From NCBI RefSeq assembly GCF_001457595.1, contig NZ_LN831039.1:990001-1022000 (forward strand): a stretch of 32,000 nt of DNA, given 5' to 3'. Positions within the stretch are counted from its first letter, which is position 1. Every line of letters begins with the position of its first letter. The position numbers and the translations under genes were made by a program. Below the pieces are notes generated by a model. It searched no databases. It had not been told where the DNA came from and worked only from the letters and a program-made list of their open reading frames with translations. Origin of the DNA: Mycolicibacterium smegmatis. Its GTDB lineage: Bacteria; Actinomycetota; Actinomycetes; Mycobacteriales; Mycobacteriaceae. Below, in pieces: positions 18,163-26,356 of this stretch.

Positions 18163-19692
18163 ATGACAGCGACGCCTGAAGTTGATCTGCCGAACCCGTA
18201 CACGGGTACCGGCACCATTCACAACCCCGCGACCGGCGCCGTCGCCGGCGAGGTGCGTTGGACCGATCCCGCCGATGTGCCGCGCATCGCCGCTGGTCTG
18301 CGCGAAGCGCAGAAGGAATGGGAGGCCCGCGGACCGAAAGGCCGCGCCAAAGTGCTGGCCCGGTACGCCGTGTGGCTGGGCGACCACCGCGACGAGATCG
18401 AGAAGCTGCTGATCGCCGAGACCGGCAAATCGGCGGTGGACGCGGCACAGGAGGTGCCGCTGATCCTGATGATCCTGTCGTACTACATCAAGACCGTCGA
18501 GAGGGCGATGGCGCCGGAGAAGCGCCCCGCGCCGCTGCCGTTCCTGTCGATCAAGAAGATCGAGGTGCACTACCGGCCGCGCGCCGTCGTCGGCATCATC
18601 GCGCCGTGGAACTACCCCGTCGCCAACGCCATGATGGACGCGATCGGCGCCCTGGCCGCGGGCTGCTCGGTGCTGCTCAAGCCGTCCGAGCGCACGCCGC
18701 TGACCGCTGAGGTGCTGCTGCGCGGATGGCTGGACTCGGGCGCGCCCGAGGTGTTCGCGCTCGCGCAGGGCGCCCGCGCGGTGTCCGAGGCCGTGATCGA
18801 CAACTCCGACTACATCCAGTTCACCGGGTCCAGCGCCACCGGTGCCAAGGTGATGGAACGCGCCGCGCGCCGGCTCACGCCGGTGAGCCTCGAGCTCGGC
18901 GGCAAGGACCCGATGATCGTGCTCGAGGACGCCGACATCGAACTGGCCGCCAACGCCGCGGTGTGGGGCGCGATGTTCAACGCCGGCCAGACGTGTGTGT
19001 CCGTCGAGCGGGTCTACGTGCTCGAGTCGGTCTACGACCAGTTCGTCGCCGCGACCGTGCGGGCCGTGGAGAACCTCAAGATGGGCGCCGGCGAGGGCTA
19101 CGACTTCGGCTCGCTGATCGACACAGGCCAGGTCGACATCACCGAACGCCACGTCAACGAGGCGCTTGAGAAGGGGGCCAAGGCGCTCACGGGCGGCAAG
19201 CGTCCCGAGGGCGGCGGCAGCTTCTACCCGCCGACCGTGCTCGTCGACGTCGACCACTCGATGTCGTGCATGAACGAGGAGACGTTCGGTCCGACGCTGC
19301 CGATCATGAAGGTGTCCTCGGTCGAGGAGGCCGTCCGCCTGGCCAACGACAGCCCCTACGGCCTGAGCGCGTCGGTGTTCTCCAAGGACACCGAGCGTGC
19401 GAAGAAGATTGCGCTGCAGCTTGATTGCGGTGCGGTGAACATCAACGACGTCATCTCGAACCTGATGTGCACCACCGCGCCCATGGGCGGCTGGAAGACC
19501 TCGGGCATCGGCGCGCGGTTCGGTGGCGTCGACGGCGTGCGCAAGTTCTGCAAGCAGGAGACCGTGGTAGCACCGCGCACCAGCGTCGGTGCGGGCGGCA
19601 CCTACTACAACAACTCGCACAAGGCGCTGGCCCGGATGAACCGGCTGATGACCAAGCTGGCCCTGGCCCGGCCGCGCCGCACTGCGAAGTAG
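18163..19692 (+). CDS. NAD(P)-dependent aldehyde dehydrogenase (succinate-semialdehyde-DH-like)
   Basis: 509 aa from the ATG at 18163. Motifs are ELGGKDP, catalytic Cys in FNAGQTCVSVERV, and EETFGP. Confidence 0.9.
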   Translation: MTATPEVDLPNPYTGTGTIHNPATGAVAGEVRWTDPADVPRIAAGLREAQKEWEARGPKGRAKVLARYAVWLGDHRDEIEKLLIAETGKSAVDAAQEVPLILMILSYYIKTVERAMAPEKRPAPLPFLSIKKIEVHYRPRAVVGIIAPWNYPVANAMMDAIGALAAGCSVLLKPSERTPLTAEVLLRGWLDSGAPEVFALAQGARAVSEAVIDNSDYIQFTGSSATGAKVMERAARRLTPVSLELGGKDPMIVLEDADIELAANAAVWGAMFNAGQTCVSVERVYVLESVYDQFVAATVRAVENLKMGAGEGYDFGSLIDTGQVDITERHVNEALEKGAKALTGGKRPEGGGSFYPPTVLVDVDHSMSCMNEETFGPTLPIMKVSSVEEAVRLANDSPYGLSASVFSKDTERAKKIALQLDCGAVNINDVISNLMCTTAPMGGWKTSGIGARFGGVDGVRKFCKQETVVAPRTSVGAGGTYYNNSHKALARMNRLMTKLALARPRRTAK

Positions 19693-19701
19693 GTCTCACT
19701 T

Positions 19702-19740
19702 GCGCCGATCGGCGTGTCATTCCGGCACGCTGATCGGCGC
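19702..19740 (+). terminator. Strong stem-loop 10 nt after the ALDH stop (terminator-like, no U-tract)
   Basis: gcgccgatcggcgtg-tcattccgg-cacgctgatcggcgc gives a 15-bp stem (14 Watson-Crick pairs plus 1 G.U) and a 9-nt loop. Each arm also contains the palindrome CGC(C/T)GATCGGCG. Confidence 0.55.
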
Positions 19741-19748
19741 GTCGCGTC

Positions 19749-19754
19749 TAGCGT
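19749..19754 (+). promoter_or_regulatory. Candidate -10 hexamer for a leaderless HD-domain gene
   Basis: TAGCGT-gtacgc-GTG (6 nt), with no SD. Confidence 0.3.
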
Positions 19755-19760
19755 GTACGC

Positions 19761-20360
19761 GTGACGTACAGGCTGCCCGACACCAAAACCGTGCGGGACG
19801 CTGCGGCGCACGTGCGTGCGCTGGTGCACCCGCAGATCTACAACCACAGCATCCGGACCTACCTGCTGGGCGCCGAGGCGGCGCGGCGGGACGGGGAGAC
19901 CGATCTGGACGACGAAATCTTCTGCGTCGCCGCGCTTTTCCACGATTCCGGCACCGCTGACGAATACAACGGGCCTGCCCGCTTCGAGATCGAGGGCGCC
20001 GACGCCGCAGCGGAGTTCCTCTCCGACCGCGGTTTCGACGCCGACGCGGTCGACGCGGTCTGGCCGGCCATCGCCCTGCACACCACGCCGGGCATCCCCG
20101 AGCGGCGCGGGGCCATCCCGCACTACCTGCGCACCGGGGTGATGATCGAGTTCGGGCCGCCCGAGCTCCGGAAGTCCTACGCGGAGGCCGTTGCCGCCGC
20201 GGAGGCAGAGCTTCCGCGGCACCGGCTTGAGCAGACCCTGGAATCCCTCGTCGTACAACAGGCGCTCGCCAATCCGCACAAGGCGCCCAGGCTGTCCTGG
20301 GCGGCCGAACTCGTAGCGCACCACGATCCCGCGCGCGACGGCATCAGCCCAGGATTCTGA
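19761..20360 (+). CDS. HD-domain metal-dependent hydrolase (cyanamide-hydratase-like subgroup)
   Basis: 199 aa. NHSIRTY...VAALFHDSG gives the H...HD signature. The overall pattern resembles the HD/cyanamide hydratase family. Confidence 0.7.
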   Translation: MTYRLPDTKTVRDAAAHVRALVHPQIYNHSIRTYLLGAEAARRDGETDLDDEIFCVAALFHDSGTADEYNGPARFEIEGADAAAEFLSDRGFDADAVDAVWPAIALHTTPGIPERRGAIPHYLRTGVMIEFGPPELRKSYAEAVAAAEAELPRHRLEQTLESLVVQQALANPHKAPRLSWAAELVAHHDPARDGISPGF

Positions 20361-20418
20361 CGCCGTCCGTTCACGTCGTCGTCACCCTCGCGTTCGCCGG
20401 CCTCGTTATTTTCGGCCG

Positions 20419-21273
20419 GTGATGCTGGACTCCACCGGATATGCGGTCCGTGACGACGACGATGACGATCCCGAACTGCTGCTCCCCGGCGGCGAGGTCG
20501 TCGACACCTGGCGCGAGGGCTACCCGTACGACGAGCGGATGCACCGCGCCGACTACGAGGAGCAGAAGCGACTGCTGCAGATCGAACTGCTCAAGTTGCA
20601 GAAGTGGAGCCAGGCCCACGGGCATCGGCACGTGATCGTGTTCGAGGGCCGCGACGCCGCGGGCAAGGGCGGCACCATCAAGCGGTTCATGGAGCACCTC
20701 AACCCGCGTGGGGCGCGCGTCGTCGCCCTGGAGAAGCCCACCGAGCGGGAGCGCACGCAGTGGTACTTCCAGCGCTACGTCGAGCATCTGCCCGCCGCGG
20801 GTGAGATCGTGCTTTTCGACCGCTCCTGGTACAACCGCGCCGGTGTCGAACGCGTGATGGGCTACTGCACACCCAAGCAGCACGCCGAATTCATCCGGCA
20901 GGCTCCGCTGTTCGAGCAGATGCTGGTCAACGACGGCATCAGCCTGACCAAGCTGTGGTTCTCGGTCACGCGGTCCGAACAGCTCACGCGGTTCACCATC
21001 CGCCAGGTCGATCCCGTGCGGCAGTGGAAGCTCTCGCCCACCGACCTGGCCTCCCTGGACAAATGGGACGACTACACGGCCGCGAAAGAGGAGATGTTCG
21101 CCTGGACGGACACCGAGATCGCGCCCTGGACCGTGGTGAAGAGCAACGACAAGAAACGCGCCCGTATCAACGCGATGCGCTACGTGCTCGGTAAGTTCGA
21201 CTACGACAACAAGGACCATGAGGTGGTCGGCCAGGCCGATCCACTGATCGTGGGGCGTGCCCTCTCGGATTGA
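20419..21273 (+). CDS. ppk2: Polyphosphate kinase 2 (single-domain PPK2)
   Basis: VIVFEGRDAAGKGGTIKR (Walker A), FDRSWYNRAGVERV, WKLSPTD, and lid/PPK2 family motifs. 284 aa. GTG at 20419 or ATG at 20422. Confidence 0.92.
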   Translation: MMLDSTGYAVRDDDDDDPELLLPGGEVVDTWREGYPYDERMHRADYEEQKRLLQIELLKLQKWSQAHGHRHVIVFEGRDAAGKGGTIKRFMEHLNPRGARVVALEKPTERERTQWYFQRYVEHLPAAGEIVLFDRSWYNRAGVERVMGYCTPKQHAEFIRQAPLFEQMLVNDGISLTKLWFSVTRSEQLTRFTIRQVDPVRQWKLSPTDLASLDKWDDYTAAKEEMFAWTDTEIAPWTVVKSNDKKRARINAMRYVLGKFDYDNKDHEVVGQADPLIVGRALSD

Positions 21274-21325
21274 GCTCGGACTGAGCCGAGTATGAGTTCG
21301 AGCGCCGCCCGAAGAGGAGGACGGC

Positions 21326-22171
21326 GTGCGCTTTTTGATGACGCTGTTCCTGTGGCTGTTGACGACGGTGCTGCTCGCCGCGGCGGTACCCAGCGCGTGG
21401 GCGCAGAAGAACGTCATCGATGTGGCCGGTTATTCGGCGTTCGCCGAAGCCGCCGCCAAGGACCCGCAGCTGCAGCAGGCTGTCGCCGGTGAGCTTGCCA
21501 CGCAGGTGAGCACGCTCGTGCGCGACAACGGCGGTGAGGTGAACGCCGACATGGTGCGTGGTACCGCCAACGCCTACACCGCGGGGGAGGACTTCCCCGG
21601 CCAGTTCGCCCGTGCCAACGAGATCGCCCACACGTGGCTGTTCACCGACCGCATCCGGCGCGACGAGGGTGGCAGCTGGGTCATCGACCTGGCACCCATG
21701 CTGGCCGACTCGTCCTTTGAGGACACCCTGTCGAACTTCAATGTCGCAGTGCCCCAGACGCTCACGGTGCCGATCGCCTCAGAGCCGCCGTCCGGCCTGG
21801 AGCCCGGTCGGTTGCGGCCGCTGGCCACGTGGGGTCCGTGGGTGAGTGTCGGGACGACCGTCCTGGCCGGAGTGTTCGCTCTGCTGACCCTCGCTGTCGC
21901 GCGCTCGCGCGGTAAAGCCCTTGCGGCGTTGGGGATTTCCGCTCTGCTGGTCGGTGCGGCCGGCTGGGCCGGGCTGGAGGTGGCGCGCCGCTACCTCAAC
22001 GACGCGCTCAACCACACCAGCGGCGACATCCGCCAGATCGCCGACGCCATGGTCGGCCACGGCGTCGACAGCCTGCGCCAATGGCTCAACCTGACTTTGG
22101 CTGCCGGTGGCGGTCTCGTGGTGCTCGGGGTGGTTGTCGCGATGCTCGGCGGGCTGCGTCGTTCACGCTGA
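21326..22171 (+). CDS. Conserved-looking membrane protein of unknown function
   Basis: GAGGAGG lies 5 nt upstream of the GTG. There is an N-terminal signal/anchor (LLAAAVPSAWA-Q), a soluble region of about 150 aa, then three C-terminal TM helices. Confidence 0.7.
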   Translation: MRFLMTLFLWLLTTVLLAAAVPSAWAQKNVIDVAGYSAFAEAAAKDPQLQQAVAGELATQVSTLVRDNGGEVNADMVRGTANAYTAGEDFPGQFARANEIAHTWLFTDRIRRDEGGSWVIDLAPMLADSSFEDTLSNFNVAVPQTLTVPIASEPPSGLEPGRLRPLATWGPWVSVGTTVLAGVFALLTLAVARSRGKALAALGISALLVGAAGWAGLEVARRYLNDALNHTSGDIRQIADAMVGHGVDSLRQWLNLTLAAGGGLVVLGVVVAMLGGLRRSR

Positions 22172-22189
22172 GGGTTTGACTGTTCCGGA

Positions 22190-22513
22190 CTATTTCGACT
22201 TACCGATGAGGTCCCACGCCGAGTAGACCCGTGATCTGATCTTCAGGTAGTCGGTGCGCAAGAACGCATACAGCGCCGTGACGACGAGGATCGCCAAGTA
22301 CGCGGCGACCACGGTGCCCCACCCCCTGTGTAGCGCAGCGAGTGAGACGAGCAGGCCTCCGACTGCTGCCGTCGCCCAATACAGGCGGCGCTCGAGCCGG
22401 GCGTCTTTGGCCACGAACAAGGCGACGACCCCGACGATGAGCACCACGGCGCCGGCGACGAGATAGATCGCTGCCAATCCACCCTCCTGGTTGCCGTTCG
22501 GTGTGCCTGCCAT
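22190..22513 (-). CDS. Small three-TM membrane protein of unknown function
   Basis: 107 aa from the ATG at 22511-22513 (MAGTPNGNQEGGLAAIYLVAGAVVLIVGVVALFV...). A TTG at 22534 is an alternative start. Codon usage is compatible with coding. Confidence 0.55.
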   Translation of the reverse strand: MAGTPNGNQEGGLAAIYLVAGAVVLIVGVVALFVAKDARLERRLYWATAAVGGLLVSLAALHRGWGTVVAAYLAILVVTALYAFLRTDYLKIRSRVYSAWDLIGKSK

Positions 22514-22655
22514 TGAACTTGCCGCGCGCCGCAAGTGCTCATGGTTGCCACGAACACGTCGTCATCCACGGGCGACTCCAGCGCAGATCAGAGGGTGAAT
22601 CCGAGCACCCAGTTGACGAAGCAAGGTGACTTGGACCATAGTGTCTAGGACAGAA

Positions 22656-22664
22656 GGTCTGACC
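22656..22664. promoter_or_regulatory. Candidate FadR/GntR-type operator upstream of the SAF-domain dehydrogenase
   Basis: GGTC-T-GACC is a perfect inverted repeat within aaGGTCTGACCat. A related TGGACCA lies at 22632-22638. Both sit in the 171-bp lower-GC divergent region. Confidence 0.3.
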
Positions 22665-22705
22665 ATCTACCCGCACTAAGTCTGAAGTCGTCGAAGGAAA
22701 TCCGC

Positions 22706-24070
22706 ATGAACCTCTACTCACTCCTGCAGCAACGAACCGAAGCGTCGGGTCCGGTACGCGTAGGTGTGATCGGTGCCGGCAAGTTCGCGTCGATGTTTCT
22801 CACCCAGGCGGTGAATTCGCCGAGCCTGCATGTGGTGGGCGTCGCCGATATCAACGTCTCCAAGGCCAAGGCCGCCTTGCACCGCACAGGGTGGCCGGCC
22901 GATCGGTACGCGGCGGGTTCGCTCGACGAGGCGCTACGCACCGGCGCCACGGCGGTCACCGACAACGCCGACGCACTGCTGGCCCACCCGGGCATCGAGG
23001 TGATCCTGGAGATCACCGGCAACCCGTTGGTCGGTACCTACCACGCGGTGACCGCGATCGACAACGGCAAGCACGTGGTGATGGTCAACGTCGAGGCCGA
23101 CTGCATGGTGGGCCCGATCCTGCAGCGCCGGGCCGCGGCCGCCGGCGTGATCTACGCGATGGCCTACGGAGATCAGCCGGCCCTGATCTGCGAGCTCGTC
23201 GACTGGTGCCGAACCGTCGGCTTCGACGTCGTCGCGGCAGGCAAGGGCACCAAGTACCTTCCGGAATACAACTACTCCACACCCGAAACCGTCTGGAATT
23301 ACTACGGATTCACCGACGAGCAGCTCGCCTCGGGTGACTACAACCCGCAGATGTTCAACTCGTTCCTCGACGGCACCAAATCCGCGATCGAGATGGCCGC
23401 CGTGGCCAACGCGACCGGGCTGCTGCCCCAGGAGCAGGGCCTGCTCTTCCCGCCGGCCAGCAAGGACGACCTGCCGACCGTGCTGCGCGAGAACCGCTTC
23501 CCCGGGGGCAGTCTGATGCGTCGGGGCACCGTCGAGATCGCGTCGAGCATGTACCGCGACGGCCAAGAAGTTCCGGACAACCTGCGCTGGGGCGTCTACG
23601 TCACGTTCGAGGCCGTCACCGACTACGCCGTGCAGTGCTTCGCCGAGTACGGGGTGCACACCGACGAGACCGGCCGCTACGGCTCGCTGTACCGCCCGTA
23701 TCACATGATCGGTCTGGAGCTGGCGGTCAGCATCGCCTCGGCCGTGTTGCGCAACGAGGCCACGGGCTCGCCCACCGGGTTCCGCGGCGACGTCATGACG
23801 ACCGCCAAACGCGACCTCAAGGCCGGCGAAAAGCTCGACGGCGAAGGCGGATTCACGGTCTTCGGCAAGCTCGCCCCGGCCGAGATCTCCCTCGACCGCA
23901 ACGCCTTGCCCCTCGGCCTCGCCCACGGCGCGACGCTCGTGCGTGACATCGCCAAGGACGAGACCATCTCGTGGGACGACGTGCGCGTCGACGAGTCGCA
24001 GTTCGCCGTCAAGATCCGCAGACAGCTCGAATCGGAATTCCGGTCCGAACACATCGCCGCCACCGCCTAG
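22706..24070 (+). CDS. NAD(P)-binding oxidoreductase with C-terminal SAF domain (COG4091-type, annotated elsewhere as homoserine-dehydrogenase-like)
   Basis: GAAGGAAA SD. Rossmann motif VGVIGAGKFASMF. The C-terminal beta-clip-like segment GDVMTTAKRDLKAGEKLDGEGGFTVFGKL is typical of SAF domains. 454 aa. Confidence 0.8.
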   Translation: MNLYSLLQQRTEASGPVRVGVIGAGKFASMFLTQAVNSPSLHVVGVADINVSKAKAALHRTGWPADRYAAGSLDEALRTGATAVTDNADALLAHPGIEVILEITGNPLVGTYHAVTAIDNGKHVVMVNVEADCMVGPILQRRAAAAGVIYAMAYGDQPALICELVDWCRTVGFDVVAAGKGTKYLPEYNYSTPETVWNYYGFTDEQLASGDYNPQMFNSFLDGTKSAIEMAAVANATGLLPQEQGLLFPPASKDDLPTVLRENRFPGGSLMRRGTVEIASSMYRDGQEVPDNLRWGVYVTFEAVTDYAVQCFAEYGVHTDETGRYGSLYRPYHMIGLELAVSIASAVLRNEATGSPTGFRGDVMTTAKRDLKAGEKLDGEGGFTVFGKLAPAEISLDRNALPLGLAHGATLVRDIAKDETISWDDVRVDESQFAVKIRRQLESEFRSEHIAATA

Positions 24071-24112
24071 CGACCAGTTGGTCAGACCGTCGAACCTTGG
24101 AACCTACGATGA

Positions 24113-24913
24113 GTGAATGCATCCGCCGCGCCGCCACCCGCGGCGCGGGACACAAGGAGACGACGCACCGTGACAGCAGCCGACCGCTGGGAGCCCGTTC
24201 AGCGCCTGCGCACCTACGAACAGGTGATGGCCCAGATCGAACAGCGCATCGCCGCCGGTCAGCTCCAACCGGGAGACCATCTGCCCAGCGAGCGGGAGCT
24301 GGCCGCGCTACTCGGTGTGTCACGCCCCTCGCTGCGGGAGTCGCTGCGCGTCCTGGAAGCGCTCGGGGTGGTCGAAATCCGCCGCGGCGGCGGGTCCGAG
24401 GGCGGCGCGGCCCTGCGGTCGGTCCCGGGCACCGGGCTGGTCAGCCTGCTCAAACTCCAGCTGGCACTGTCGCACTTCAGTTGGAACGACGTGCTGGAGA
24501 CCAGGCTGGCGCTCGAGCTGTGGTCGGCGAGAGAAGCCGCCTATCGATCCACTGACGACGACCACCGAGAACTCGGCGCTATTCTCGACCAGATGGACGA
24601 TCCCTCGATCGAGACCGGTGACTTCAATTGCCTGGACGCCGAGTTCCACGTGCGGATCTCCCAATCCACCGGCAATGCCTTGACCGCATACTTCATGGGG
24701 TCGCTGCGCACTGCCATCCACCATCAAATGGTCGAGATGTACGCCGCGCTCGCCGACTGGCGCGAGACGGCCAAGACGGTCAGACGCGAGCACCGCGAAA
24801 TCCTGCAAGCCCTCGTCGACCGCGACGGGCCGCTCGCGGCACAGCGCATGCAGGCACACATCTGCGACTTCTACGACCTGAAGATCAGCGGCAGCGAGCT
24901 GGCCGGCGAATAA
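24113..24913 (+). CDS. GntR-family regulator, FadR (FCD) subfamily
   Basis: wHTH GDHLPSERELAALLGVSRPSLRESLRVLEALGVVEIRRG plus a helical FCD-like C-terminal domain. GTG at 24113. An in-frame GTG at 24170 with AAGGAG 10 nt upstream is an alternative start. Confidence 0.85.
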   Translation: MNASAAPPPAARDTRRRRTVTAADRWEPVQRLRTYEQVMAQIEQRIAAGQLQPGDHLPSERELAALLGVSRPSLRESLRVLEALGVVEIRRGGGSEGGAALRSVPGTGLVSLLKLQLALSHFSWNDVLETRLALELWSAREAAYRSTDDDHRELGAILDQMDDPSIETGDFNCLDAEFHVRISQSTGNALTAYFMGSLRTAIHHQMVEMYAALADWRETAKTVRREHREILQALVDRDGPLAAQRMQAHICDFYDLKISGSELAGE

Positions 24914-24985
24914 CGTTCGAAGATCCAGCTCCTGCATTGACATCGAGGCCTTGCCTCACATCTCAATGGAGAGAGACGGATCCTG

Positions 24986-26356
24986 ATGGACACCCCCACC
25001 ATCCCGGCACCAGCGGAGCGTGCTCGGCACGGCTCCCCCGACAAACTGCGGACCGCCATCGGCAGTGCGGTCGGCACCACGATCGAGAACTACGACTTCC
25101 TGGCCTACGGGACCGCCGCGGCCCTGTACTTCAATGACGCGTTCTTCCACGCCGACGATCCCTTGATCGGTGTGCTCATCGGCTTCGCCACGTTCGGCGT
25201 CGGATTCGCCATGCGACCCCTCGGCGGCCTGCTCGGCGGGTATCTGGGCGACCGCATCGGCCGCAAGCCGGTGCTGATCGGCGCGTTGCTGGTCATGGGT
25301 TTTGCCACCGTGATGATCGGCCTGCTACCGACCTATCAGCAGGTCGGCATACTGGCGCCGATCCTGCTGACAGCCATCCGCGTCATCCAGGGCCTCGCGT
25401 TCGGCGCGGAGTGGGGTGGCGCGATCCTGATGACATATGAGCACGCGCCGTGGAAAAAGCGCGGCCGCTACGCCGCGATCCCACAAGCCGGTGTGCCCCT
25501 TGGCGTCTTGCTGGCCAACGTGGTCTTCCTGCTCTCCAGCCATCTCGACAGCGAGCTCGCATGGCGGTTGCCGTTCCTGCTGAGCTCCGTGCTGATCGTG
25601 GCGGGCATGATCATCCGGCTCAAGGTTTCGGAATCACCGGAATTCGTCGACACCAAGGAAGCCGGCAACGTGGTCAGCAACCCGCTGAAGGAAGTGATCC
25701 GCCGCGACTGGCGCAACATTCTGCGCATCATCGCACTGCGCCTGGCCGAATCCGGCGGCTTCTACGTGATCGTCACCTACATGCTGTCCTACCTCACCAG
25801 CGGCGACGAGCCGATCACCACGAAAGCCGTCGCACTCACCGGTCTCATCGCGGCCACCGCGACCGGCACGGTCACCACCATCCTGTTCGGCATGCTGACC
25901 GACAAAGTGGGCCGAAAGCCGGTCTACTACGCAGGCACCGCGTTGCTGATCCTGTTCGCATTTCCGATGTTCTGGCTGGTCAACACCGGCTCGACGGTCC
26001 TGATCGTGCTCGTCTACATCATCGGGTTGGCGGTCATCCACGACGCCCTCGCCGCCACCCAGGGCACCTGGTTCGCCGAATTGTTCAAGACCAACACCCG
26101 CTCGTCGGGCGCCTCCATCGGCTACCAGTTCTCGGCGGCCATCTCCGGGTTCATCCCGCTGATCGCCGCAGCGGTCGCCGCCCAGCTGGGGTGGGCCGGG
26201 GTCGCGCTGGTGTACCTGGGCTGCGGTGTCCTCGGCCTCGTCGGCACGATCCTGACGCGCGAGACCTGGGGCGCCACGCAGCGCGCGGCCGTCGACTCGG
26301 TCATCAATTCTGCCGAAACACCCGGCACCGCAACGAAAGCGAAGGTTTCGCCGTGA
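24986..26356 (+). CDS. MFS transporter of the metabolite:H+ symporter type (KgtP/ShiA/ProP-like carboxylate transporters)
   Basis: 456 aa and about 12 TM. Family signatures: GTTIENYDFLAYGTAAALYF, GGYLGDRIGRKPVL, QGLAFGAEWGGA. Confidence 0.85.
   Translation: MDTPTIPAPAERARHGSPDKLRTAIGSAVGTTIENYDFLAYGTAAALYFNDAFFHADDPLIGVLIGFATFGVGFAMRPLGGLLGGYLGDRIGRKPVLIGALLVMGFATVMIGLLPTYQQVGILAPILLTAIRVIQGLAFGAEWGGAILMTYEHAPWKKRGRYAAIPQAGVPLGVLLANVVFLLSSHLDSELAWRLPFLLSSVLIVAGMIIRLKVSESPEFVDTKEAGNVVSNPLKEVIRRDWRNILRIIALRLAESGGFYVIVTYMLSYLTSGDEPITTKAVALTGLIAATATGTVTTILFGMLTDKVGRKPVYYAGTALLILFAFPMFWLVNTGSTVLIVLVYIIGLAVIHDALAATQGTWFAELFKTNTRSSGASIGYQFSAAISGFIPLIAAAVAAQLGWAGVALVYLGCGVLGLVGTILTRETWGATQRAAVDSVINSAETPGTATKAKVSP

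Noticed and set aside
22517-22536. 20-bp GC-rich near-palindrome ACTTGCCGCGCGCCGCAAGT at the 5' end of the small membrane-protein gene
   Set aside because: It has a central mismatch and essentially no loop. It may lie inside the coding region if the TTG at 22534 is the start. Short GC-rich palindromes are frequent by chance in this DNA.
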